Source: an uncultured Nitrososphaerota archaeon (GTDB lineage Archaea; Thermoproteota; EX4484-205; JAAOZP01). Taken from it: DNA of 28,483 nt. Where the stretch lies: assembly GCA_964416155.1 (NCBI GenBank), contig CAYQCW010000004.1, forward strand, positions 1-28,483, read 5' to 3'. Shown one piece after another: positions 9,263 through 17,454 of the stretch. A model generated the notes under the pieces. That model was given only the letters and a program-made list of their open reading frames with translations. It was not told the origin of the DNA and made no database searches. Positions within the stretch are counted from its first letter, which is position 1, and every line of letters starts with the position of its first letter. Made by a program: the position numbers and the translations under genes.

Positions 9263-9336
9263 GGTATTGAGCCCTCGTGCCACTACCCTGATCAACGGTT
9301 TTAGTCTTAAAACCCTATAGGGTCATGATGCTCATA
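9263..9336 (+). ncRNA. Candidate structured small RNA containing a degenerate CRISPR-repeat-like segment
   Basis: Four nested stems (9268-72/9330-34, 9275-79/9324-28, 9285-90/9318-23, 9297-9303/9308-14) with G-U pairs on the plus strand; weak BRE/TATA-like CAAAAAAG-TTAAGAT at 9225-9239. Confidence 0.35.
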
Positions 9337-9392
9337 TGGATTAACGGGGGAACAGCGTCGGAGAATTTTGAACGGGTCAAGACGGGGGGCTT

Positions 9393-10415
9393 TCACTCGT
9401 AAACCAGGTTACGTGGTCCAAGTATCTCGTCTATGGCTTTCATCTGGCTCGGCTTAAGCGGCCCGTATTCAAGGGCTTTAGCGTTCTCCTCCGCCTGCTT
9501 CACTGTTTTGAAGCCGGGTATCGGGATGGTCATGGGTGATTTAGCCCAGATCCAGCCTATGGCTCCCTGGACAAGCGTTCTCCCGTCTTCCGTCAGTATC
9601 TGCTTTATCTGCTCAAGCTTTTTAACGAACTCTGGCGCTGGCTTACCGTTTTTGAAGTAGACCAGCCAGCTTGGCGTGGATCTCCGGATGTCGTTCTCAG
9701 GAAGGCTTGGAGAGTCCAGCGTGTACTTGCCTGAGAGAAGACCCATCGCCAGGGGTCCACGGTTTACGTTGGCCAACTGTTTCTCCTCGCAGAGCCTAAT
9801 GATTTCGCCCGTAACCCTTAAAACGTTAAGCTCGCTTTCAACAGCCACGAAGCGTTTACGGTCGGCGAAAGCTGCTGCCCGGCTTGTTGAATCAGTGCTC
9901 CACCCGTAGCCTCGAATCACTCCTTCGTCAACCAGTTCCTCCAGCGTGTCCATGGTTGCAGCCGCTTTTTCAACGGGATACCCCCATATGTGAAGCAGGT
10001 AGATGTCTATGTAGTCTGTTTTCAGCCTTTTAAGCGAGGCTTCAACCGCCTTCCGAGCATACTGTGGTGAACCATTCTCGCCTGTCTCCCGCCTCGTTTC
10101 AGGGTCGAAGGTTAATCCAAACTTCGTTATGATTACTGTTTCGTCACGGTATTCCCCTAATGCTTCTCCAATAAGTTTCTCACTGTGGCCACAGCCGTAG
10201 ACGTCAGCAGTGTCGAAAACCCTTACGCCGAGCTCGAAAGCCTTTTTCAAAGCTTTGAGAGCCTCCTCGTCATCGGTTTCCCCCCACCCGTGGGCCAGCC
10301 CGTCAGCCCCTGTGATAGGCCCCCCGATGGCCCATGTTCCAAGGCCTAGGGCACTCGTCTCGACATTCAGCTTCAGAATCCTTCTCTTGTAGGGTTTAAC
10401 CACGTGCTTCATCAC
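9393..10415 (-). CDS. Aldo/keto reductase (IolS/Tas-like)
   Basis: LGLGTWAIGG, FDTADVYGCGHSE, TKFG, SLKRLKTDYIDIYLLH, PLAMGLLSGK, PIPG motifs. Confidence 0.95.
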   Translation of the reverse strand: MMKHVVKPYKRRILKLNVETSALGLGTWAIGGPITGADGLAHGWGETDDEEALKALKKAFELGVRVFDTADVYGCGHSEKLIGEALGEYRDETVIITKFGLTFDPETRRETGENGSPQYARKAVEASLKRLKTDYIDIYLLHIWGYPVEKAAATMDTLEELVDEGVIRGYGWSTDSTSRAAAFADRKRFVAVESELNVLRVTGEIIRLCEEKQLANVNRGPLAMGLLSGKYTLDSPSLPENDIRRSTPSWLVYFKNGKPAPEFVKKLEQIKQILTEDGRTLVQGAIGWIWAKSPMTIPIPGFKTVKQAEENAKALEYGPLKPSQMKAIDEILGPRNLVYE

Positions 10416-10876
10416 GCTCTAATCCTATTTATGTTTTTCAGAGGCGCGGCGAGCCTTAAACGGTTTTCGATAAAGTCGAGCCCGCTTAAGCTTAACCGGG
10501 TGGTGCGCGCTTTCTTCTGTTAATAAGCTTCAACGCTTCTTCCCAGATGCTCGTTAACAGGTTGAGAAGAACCCCGTTGGTAGAGTCGGGGGTTCCTCAT
10601 GTTCTCTTCAACATCTTTCCGCGTTTGACGCATGCCCATCTTTGTCGAGCTTTAAAAAATCTTTAAGAACCTTCTTGAAAACTGATGGCGTCGCTCAATC
10701 GAGACATGCAAGTCCACCGCTATTCGCATGGCTGTGCTTAAGAAAGTAGACAGGGTTTTCAGCGCGTGCTCAAGAGAATAGCGTGTGCTCGCAACATCTT
10801 GGTGCGCGTGACGCTTGTGTGACTACAATAGTTTAATAATGCTCATGGATGCTTTTTGCTGAACACCCGTGTTTGC

Positions 10877-11797
10877 TCACTTTTTCTTTAACGCTGCTCT
10901 GGATGCTGCAAGCGTTAGGATCCATCCTATGAGCCCGGCTACAATGGCGAGCGGGCTCAGCAGCAGGCTTAGCAGAAGGTTTACTGTGAACATGGTTGCG
11001 GCTGCTGAGAACCTTGGGTTTTCAAGCTTCCTCCCGAGTTTGAAGAGCCCCGCCACCAGTCCTATTTGCCCGAGGGCTAGGAGAGCGGCCCCAGCCAAGG
11101 ACAGTGCTGTTGGAATAGTTGAAACAGGTTTCCAGTTTGAAACCTCTGTGGCGAGTATGATTATGGCTATTAGGAGGATCACGGGGCCTGTGCAGCCGAT
11201 TTTAACGATTGCCAGTGGGGTTTTGAAAGACGTGTCGTGCTTCCTGAGGTATCCGAACGCTGGAAGGAGAAGGCCGTATTCTATCGCAAGCACCGTCAAC
11301 CCGCCGCCGACGGCGAACAGGAAGACCATGAGTATTGGCGCTGCGATCAGAGAGAGCTGCCCGGGGAGGCTTTGAAGCGAGAACCAGAGGCTTAAAAACA
11401 TTGTTAGAAGCTCCCTGGGAATAGTGAAGCCGATAAGAGTCGTGAAGCCGGCGGCGAATATTAGGATCACAGCGCCGGCGAGCGGCGAGCCGACAATATA
11501 GAGGGGGAGCATCCAGCTGAGCCTGTTAAGACCCTTGGCGAGATTCTCGTCTGGAACGCTTTCCCTAGGCTCCCTTGTGACGTTGGCGAGGAAGCCCTCC
11601 GCCGACTCTGCCGGCCTGCTCACGGGCCTCGGTGTTTCCCGGTGTTCAAGCCCTAGACGAGTGTTTTTAAGCCTCTTCAGGGAGATACAGTCATGCTCAT
11701 CCGGGTCTGAGTGTTTCTCGCAGAACACCCATTCGCAGAGAGTGCAGGGCTTGTAATCCTCGCTCGTCCTGCCGCACACATGACACCTTTGCAGCAC
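10877..11797 (-). CDS. AN1-type zinc finger fused to a multi-pass membrane domain (DUF973-like)
   Basis: N-terminal CHVC-x8-CTLC-x3-FC-x2-H-x4-EH-x-C; Pro/Glu linker; about five to six hydrophobic helices. Confidence 0.75.
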   Translation of the reverse strand: MLQRCHVCGRTSEDYKPCTLCEWVFCEKHSDPDEHDCISLKRLKNTRLGLEHRETPRPVSRPAESAEGFLANVTREPRESVPDENLAKGLNRLSWMLPLYIVGSPLAGAVILIFAAGFTTLIGFTIPRELLTMFLSLWFSLQSLPGQLSLIAAPILMVFLFAVGGGLTVLAIEYGLLLPAFGYLRKHDTSFKTPLAIVKIGCTGPVILLIAIIILATEVSNWKPVSTIPTALSLAGAALLALGQIGLVAGLFKLGRKLENPRFSAAATMFTVNLLLSLLLSPLAIVAGLIGWILTLAASRAALKKK

Positions 11798-12311
11798 ATT
11801 TTACATAGTGTTGTTTTCAGATAAAAATGTTTTCTTATAAGAAAATCCGTGAATATCGGTGTTAAAAATATCTTTAAAGAAGTATTGCCAGTGCGTTTAA
11901 GGTATAAAAGCCGGAGAAAGACAACCGGCTTTAAGGACAGTTTTAACAGCAGGATGATTGCTCCGGGGTGAGGAACTGGTAATGACGGTTTATACGGGAA
12001 TCACTGTTTTAAAGACTCGTTTTCCGCGCCGTCTTCAAGTAGAAAACAATGATAGCTGCCCCTCCAGTAGAAAGGAATAGTGTCGCCGAAAAACCGTCAA
12101 CAGGCCTATAACGAGCATGCTTCATGCTTGCCGACCCCCGTCGTAGAGACTATTCGACTCGTATAAGGCTTACAGCCATATCTAAAATGAATACTGAACC
12201 TCAGCCAGTTAGCAAGGTTGAAGAAAACAATGGGCAATATGAATAACCTTTTAGCGAGCAGTTAAAAGCTTATATTTCGTCATCCACATTTTCCCAGAAG
12301 GCTGTGTCCCA

Positions 12312-12839
12312 ATGGATAGCGAGCTGGCCGTAGTATGGTCCCTGAGACTCATCACGATCATAATTGTTTTAGCACCCCTCTTCTTCAACTTTTTCGCCGC
12401 CGGCTCCCTGCAGGGTTTCATAATTCCGGGTTTGAACATTCCCTTGGGCTCGACGCTTAACGTTCAGCATCCGCTCCACGCGACCGCTGTCGACTACAGC
12501 ATCACCGGAGACATGTGCCTGTTAAACATAGGATTATCCAATACTGGGAGCATCGGGATCGGTTTGAAAGAGCTCGACTGCAGGATAACCGTGCCATCGC
12601 TTAACATGAGTGGGAGACTTGTGCTCCAGTCCCCGTTCGTCTTGAAACCAGCCGGCAGTGGTAAGGTAAGCTTCTCTCTAACTGTAGAGAATGGCAACAT
12701 TGAAGATTTTCTTAGAATTCTCTCCCAGGGGCCTCAGGCAAGCCTCTCTGGAGAAGCCACGTTGATACTGGATTCAGCCGAGCTCCCCCTCAGCCTGACG
12801 ATAACGAGCCTGCCAACCGGCTTCCCACCCTCATGGTGA
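12312..12839 (+). CDS. Membrane-anchored hypothetical protein (LEA_2/WHy-like beta fold possible)
   Basis: N-terminal hydrophobic helix, then beta-rich region with L-x-N-x-G and FVLKPAGS motifs; upstream AT-rich promoter-like sequence. Confidence 0.65.
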   Translation: MDSELAVVWSLRLITIIIVLAPLFFNFFAAGSLQGFIIPGLNIPLGSTLNVQHPLHATAVDYSITGDMCLLNIGLSNTGSIGIGLKELDCRITVPSLNMSGRLVLQSPFVLKPAGSGKVSFSLTVENGNIEDFLRILSQGPQASLSGEATLILDSAELPLSLTITSLPTGFPPSW

Positions 12840-12845
12840 TTACGC

Positions 12846-13457
12846 TTGGAGAAGTTTAGAATATTCTACTTGGTCGGCGGCGTCTTGTTTCTAACAGTGT
12901 CTGCAGCCGGAGGCGCCTGGTGGGAGCTTATTGCGGGAGAAGCCTCTAAGCCTGCTCTATACATCGGCTTCTCACCATTCGAATTAAAGGCTGAGCTTCT
13001 TGGCGTACAGGTCATCAACCCGTCTCCAATCATGAATGCTCTTTTCACTTCTGAAAGGCTTCTCGCCATGCTGGGGTCGGCGACAATAATCCTAGGCTCA
13101 CTGCTTCGAGGAAAACCCTGGTCCCGGAGGCTTCTTAACCTCAGGCCTCTAACGATGCCTGTGTGCTTCGGAATCCTTACAGTCGCCGTAGCAGCCTTGT
13201 CGGCAACCATGGTTCAACGCTTCACACCCTCCGTGGCCCAGGCTCTTCCAAACCTGGGCGACGCCTTGATGCCCTATTCAAGCAGATACTTGACTTTCAA
13301 CCTCTACCCGTTTACCGGTGTCAACGGCCTCGTGAAAGTCAGCACAGAATCCAGGTTCACCATCCAGTTTTGGACTGCTCTAGCCTCAGGAGTATTCTGC
13401 CTTGCAGGCTGGATACTTGGCCGGAAGAAGGCTGGAACAGAGTCTCCCCCGGTTTAA
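12846..13457 (+). CDS. Hypothetical membrane protein (about 4 TM)
   Basis: 203-aa ORF 6 nt after the previous gene; hydrophobic segments; probably co-transcribed. Confidence 0.75.
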   Translation: MEKFRIFYLVGGVLFLTVSAAGGAWWELIAGEASKPALYIGFSPFELKAELLGVQVINPSPIMNALFTSERLLAMLGSATIILGSLLRGKPWSRRLLNLRPLTMPVCFGILTVAVAALSATMVQRFTPSVAQALPNLGDALMPYSSRYLTFNLYPFTGVNGLVKVSTESRFTIQFWTALASGVFCLAGWILGRKKAGTESPPV

Positions 13458-13520
13458 ACACCATGTGGTTCCCGGAGGATTAGGAACGCTTTTAAGGAAG
13501 AAGCATGAAAAGATTCGCGA

Positions 13521-14060
13521 ATGTGGCGCTGGAAACACGGCGGGAAGAAGCCCTCCAGCATCAGCAGAGACTTCTCCAAGTGGGCGGGCGAGTGTGTTGA
13601 ACTAGTTGACGAGAAGGCTGGCGTGAAGCTCGACTACAGCCTGGAGTCCCTGAAGACCCTTGACGCTGCGGTCAGCAGGCTGAAGCCGGAGGAACACGGG
13701 GAGTTTCAGGGCGAACTACTCGGAGCCTATATTGTTTTAACCGGAAGCTACTTGGGCGAGGTGATCGTTAGAAGCCTGGATGGAAAATGGGAGAAAACCG
13801 GCTCCCCCTTGGGCTGGGCGGTGAAGCTGGGCGTTAGAGAGATTGATGTTTTCCAAATCGCTTTCGAAAGCATTTCCCAGCCGGGCAGGTTCAGCAGGTT
13901 CCTCGCGGAGCTGAACACGGAGGGCGGGCAGGCGGAGGGGAAGCCTGACGCTCTTTCAGAGATTGAGAAACTCATAGTTGAGGGGTATACTTCAGAGATT
14001 GAGAAGCCTGAGGAGAAGCGGCTGCCATGGGAAACCCTTGAGGAGGAGTATGAATACTGA
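13521..14060 (+). CDS. Hypothetical protein, DUF3806/DUF6278-like
   Basis: LDYSLESLKTLD...GSYLGEVI...GKW motif; TTTTAAG about 24 nt upstream of ATG. Confidence 0.65.
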   Translation: MWRWKHGGKKPSSISRDFSKWAGECVELVDEKAGVKLDYSLESLKTLDAAVSRLKPEEHGEFQGELLGAYIVLTGSYLGEVIVRSLDGKWEKTGSPLGWAVKLGVREIDVFQIAFESISQPGRFSRFLAELNTEGGQAEGKPDALSEIEKLIVEGYTSEIEKPEEKRLPWETLEEEYEY

Positions 14061-14111
14061 TTCCACGCGGCGGTAAAAACCCTTAAAGCTTTTAAAACCT
14101 GTTTTTCAATC

Positions 14112-14600
14112 ATGAGGCAAATGCCTTTGAGACTGGACCCGGATAGTGCCCTAAACCATCTGCCGCAGCCCCTTGTGATAGTTACCGCGGGAGACTTTGA
14201 GAAACCAGGCCGGAGAGGAGGCATGACGGCAGCATGGGTCAGCAGGGTGTCGATGAGCCCACCGTTAATAATGGTTTCAATCGCGCCTTCAAGATACACT
14301 TTAGAGCTCGTCAGGGAAAACCGGGAGTTCGCGGTCAACATAGTGGGGGGAAAGCTTGAGAAGGCTGCTTACGGGGTCTTCGGCTCCAAGACGGGCAGGG
14401 GACTGGACAAGATTGCTGAAAGCAGGGTTAAGGCTAGGAGAGGAGAGAAAACAAGAGTCCCAATACTTGAGGACGCGGCCTTAACGTTGGAGTGCAGGCT
14501 TGTGAAGACGGTGGAAGCAGGGGACCATGTTCTAGCAATAGGTGAAGTGGTGAATGCTTTAAAGTTCAGCGACGAGCAGCCGATTGTCTTCACCCCCTAG
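14112..14600 (+). CDS. Flavin reductase family protein
   Basis: GGMTAAWVSRVSMSPPL, SRYTLEL, EFAVNI, LECRL, AGDHVLAIGEV motifs. Confidence 0.95.
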   Translation: MRQMPLRLDPDSALNHLPQPLVIVTAGDFEKPGRRGGMTAAWVSRVSMSPPLIMVSIAPSRYTLELVRENREFAVNIVGGKLEKAAYGVFGSKTGRGLDKIAESRVKARRGEKTRVPILEDAALTLECRLVKTVEAGDHVLAIGEVVNALKFSDEQPIVFTP

Positions 14601-14680
14601 GGGTTCAGATGACGCTTGACGCCATCCGGGCTTCGAAGAAGCATCGTAAACTTATAAGCGTGTTTCGCCAGATGAGCAGC

Positions 14681-15349
14681 GTGCTGAAAATAGGCCACAG
14701 GGGAGCGAAATTCTACGAGCCGGAGAACACGTTGCGCAGCTTCAGGAAAGCGTTGGAGCTTGGTGTTAACGCTGTGGAGCTGGACGTTAGGAGAACAAAG
14801 GATGGTGGGCTCGTGGTTATTCACGACGCTGAGGTTGACAGAACCACGAACGGTAGGGGACTGGTGAGCAAGCTCACGTTGAAAGAGATTAAGAGGCTTG
14901 ACGCGGGAAAGGGTGAGAAGATACCCACGTTGGAGGAGGCTCTCGACTTACTGGATGAGAAAGTTAAGATACTGATAGAGCTGAAAGAAGAAGGCGTCGA
15001 GGAGGAAGTGTTAAAACTGGCTCGTGTAAAAAAGTTGGAGAAGAACGTGATAATCATATCTTTCTTGGAAAACGCCCTAAGGAGAATTAGGGAGCTCGAT
15101 AAGGATGTGGAGACCGGGTTGATCTACGTGAGGCACGAGAACCCTGTTAAAGCAGCCATGGAGCTGGGGGCGAACTACGTGCTGCCACTATACCGTTTCA
15201 CACATGCCGCTTTAATCAGGAGGGCGCATGAAAACGGTTTGAAAGTGATAGTTTGGACGATAAACGATGAGAAAGAGGCTTCCGAGTATGCGGGGAAGGG
15301 GGTTGACGGCATAACTAGCGACAAGCCGGACATTCTTAAAAAAGTATGA
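14681..15349 (+). CDS. Glycerophosphodiester phosphodiesterase (GDPD/UgpQ family)
   Basis: IGHRG, PENTL, ELDV..TKDG..VVIHD..VDRTT, IPTLEE, ELK, WTIND, GVDGITSDKPD. Start inferred at GTG 14681, about 24 nt after TTATAA 14652-57; ATG 14672 is an alternative. Confidence 0.93.
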   Translation: MLKIGHRGAKFYEPENTLRSFRKALELGVNAVELDVRRTKDGGLVVIHDAEVDRTTNGRGLVSKLTLKEIKRLDAGKGEKIPTLEEALDLLDEKVKILIELKEEGVEEEVLKLARVKKLEKNVIIISFLENALRRIRELDKDVETGLIYVRHENPVKAAMELGANYVLPLYRFTHAALIRRAHENGLKVIVWTINDEKEASEYAGKGVDGITSDKPDILKKV

Positions 15350-15413
15350 GCATCAGCGAAGCCGTTTAAAAACAGTGGGCAGAATGCTTGGATTAAGATT
15401 AGCCCCAGACGGT

Positions 15414-15707
15414 TTACGCTTGATTAATGGAATAAGTTTTCTCCACCCCTTCTGCAAAACTGCCGGATTCCACTCCAAACTCGTCAACCATTTCCGAAAC
15501 TATTAGCCTCTCTATGACTCTGGCCCCGGAGCCATATATTTTCTCCAGGCCCATGATGAACTCCTCCGGCTTATCAGGTATCTCCTCCTTTTTCAAACCG
15601 TGTTCATTCTCCAGATACCAGTATACGATGCGCTTCACAGTCTCCCCTAAACAGTGTAGAGCGTTGTCCACGCATCTTAAAACCCTATCCTTGGGGCTAC
15701 TTATCAT
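15414..15707 (-). CDS. DUF3227/NitrOD5-like small archaeal protein
   Basis: VDNAL..LGETVKRIVYWYLE...L.KEEIPDKPEEF..GLEKIYG.GARVIE pattern; AAGGTG RBS (15722-15717) 9 nt before ATG 15707. Confidence 0.8.
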   Translation of the reverse strand: MISSPKDRVLRCVDNALHCLGETVKRIVYWYLENEHGLKKEEIPDKPEEFIMGLEKIYGSGARVIERLIVSEMVDEFGVESGSFAEGVEKTYSINQA

Positions 15708-15730
15708 TTTTAAACCCACCTTAAACTGCT

Positions 15731-15838
15731 GGAGTAGCCTTTTCCAAGACGCTCCCTTGAATAACCATAACCCGAATGGCGTGCACCGGGATGGAAGACG
15801 CCACCGTAGTCCGGGCCCCAGTCGTCAAGACTGGGCTC
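15731..15838 (-). ncRNA. Candidate structured cis-regulatory 5' leader RNA (three hairpins)
   Basis: P1 CCCAGUC/GACUGGG; P2 CCCGGA/UUCGGG plus UGGCGU/ACGCCA; P3 GGAG/CUCC plus GUCUU-GGAA-AAGGC. G-U pairs occur only on the minus strand. TTTTTAA promoter at 15864-15858. Confidence 0.6.
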
Positions 15839-16027
15839 AGAAAAACCATGCAGAGGCTTAAAAACATTATTTATGCCGGATCTATTCTACAGATTTCAAA
15901 CACTTCTGCAATCCTTTTTTTGAACATCGTTTTTCACGAGCGCGCGCTGTAGGAGGCTCGGCTTCAAGCCCAACCACACTGTTTTCCAAAGGGAATTGGC
16001 GGGGAGCGCGCTTTCGGCTTGACTGCT

Positions 16028-16711
16028 TTACCAGAAGGCTTTTTTCTTAGCCTGAATCTGCTCCATTATCTTCGCAACAAGGCTGCTGAGAACATAGGAG
16101 ATGCCGAGGGCGAACCCGCCGAAATAGGTTAAACCTGACCCGGCGAGAAGATTATCCCCATAGCTTCTCCACCAGTTCCAGAAGACGTGTAGAGACATGG
16201 GGAGAAAAATGTTCTTGTAGCGCACCTGGCATACTGCTGCAACAATGCCGAACAAAAGGGGCCAGAGGAAGCCGCCGAGCCCATAGTGGAAGAAGTGAGT
16301 TAGTGCGAATATTAGGCTGCTCACGGATATTGCTAGGGAAGTATCTGTTTTCGCAAGGGTGGAGAGCAGAAGCCCTCTGAAGAACCATTCCTCGAGAAGA
16401 GGAAGAATAAGGATTCCGCAGGCAGGGGTGAAGGATTCCAATAGGAAAACCGTCGGCACGACGAAAAGCACAGTAGTCAGGAATGTAAGCTGCTCCCCGC
16501 TCATGCTTCTCTGGAGACCGGTGGAGGCTCTTATCTGGCTACCCATCAGGAGTAGGGGGACAACTGAGGAGAAGACAATGAGTAGTGTAAGCTCGAGGAC
16601 CCGCTGCTCCAGGTACGGGGTAACTCCGACAGTCTGCAGAATGAGAAGCCAGAAGACAAACAGGTTGATAACACTAGCCAGAACTCTCCACTGCTTTAAC
16701 CCCGGGTCCAC
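16028..16711 (-). CDS. CPBP family intramembrane glutamic endopeptidase (CAAX/Abi)
   Basis: EEWFFRG, FALTH and HVFWN motifs in a multi-TM protein. Confidence 0.92.
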   Translation of the reverse strand: MDPGLKQWRVLASVINLFVFWLLILQTVGVTPYLEQRVLELTLLIVFSSVVPLLLMGSQIRASTGLQRSMSGEQLTFLTTVLFVVPTVFLLESFTPACGILILPLLEEWFFRGLLLSTLAKTDTSLAISVSSLIFALTHFFHYGLGGFLWPLLFGIVAAVCQVRYKNIFLPMSLHVFWNWWRSYGDNLLAGSGLTYFGGFALGISYVLSSLVAKIMEQIQAKKKAFW

Positions 16712-16897
16712 AAGCAGTAGAGCCTGCTTCCAGTAATTATGTTTTACTCATAAGTTTTTTAAACCTTGGAAAAACCCTGGGCTGTTAAAAGCGTGTCGAC
16801 ACGTGTTTTTAAAGCAGCCGGAGAAGTCCGGGGAAACATTTTCTTGGGGAAAGCTCTAAAGTATTTAAACATCGACAGGCTATTTTCCCGTTAAGCG

Positions 16898-17224
16898 TTG
16901 AGCGAGCAGAAGAACCCTGTATGGATGGTGGTTATCACGCTTACCATGCTTTTCGTGAGCGGCGCGTGGACGATTGCAGCGACCATGTCGGTCAACATGA
17001 ATGAAACACTGGGGTCAATAATGCTTGCCACAGCAACAGCCTCGAACGTAAGCTTCCTTCTGACAATGCTCGTGGCAATACTGCTGTACTCCGGGTTGGA
17101 GAAGGGAGGAAGGCTTAGAGTAATCATGGTTTGCCTCTTCGCGGTCGGAATAGTCAGCCTTGTCTACACGGTGGTGCTCTTCCTACTCGCCTTCCTGGCA
17201 AGGTATCCAGCGCTATCGGGTTAG
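16898..17224 (+). CDS. Small hypothetical membrane protein (3 TM)
   Basis: Three hydrophobic helices; AAAGTATTTAAA promoter-like sequence upstream. Confidence 0.7.
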   Translation: MSEQKNPVWMVVITLTMLFVSGAWTIAATMSVNMNETLGSIMLATATASNVSFLLTMLVAILLYSGLEKGGRLRVIMVCLFAVGIVSLVYTVVLFLLAFLARYPALSG

Positions 17225-17454
17225 AACACGGTTTTCTCCAGCAAAGCCTTATTTTGGAAACGGAATGGGCAAGACTGTTTCAAACGCGCTACCCGCCTAA
17301 GCTAGAGTTTTTCCGAGACCCTGTGAGCGGGAACTACGGAGCCTCAGGGTTTAGAAGCTAGGCTCAGCCTGAAGACAGGTGTAGCGCGCACTACGTCCTA
17401 GGAGGCAGGGTTCAATAGTTGAAGTTTATATTTCTGAGCAGTGGTTCTCATCTT

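Noticed and set aside
10577-10595. TTGGTAGAG + GTCGGGGGTTC resembling tRNA D- and T-arm pieces
   Set aside because: No anticodon arm, acceptor stem or TTCGA loop; not a tRNA.
12010-12250. Short minus-strand hydrophobic ORF pieces
   Set aside because: No recognisable family; may be a decayed small membrane protein gene but cannot be supported.
15961-15991. GCTTCAAGCCC...TTTTCCAAAG resembling both ends of the CRISPR repeat
   Set aside because: Central hairpin core is absent, it is solitary and far from cas genes; compatible with chance.
17360-17405. Cluster of 4-5 bp hairpins upstream of the M20 gene
   Set aside because: Stems are too short, show no strand bias and lie upstream of the M20 promoter.
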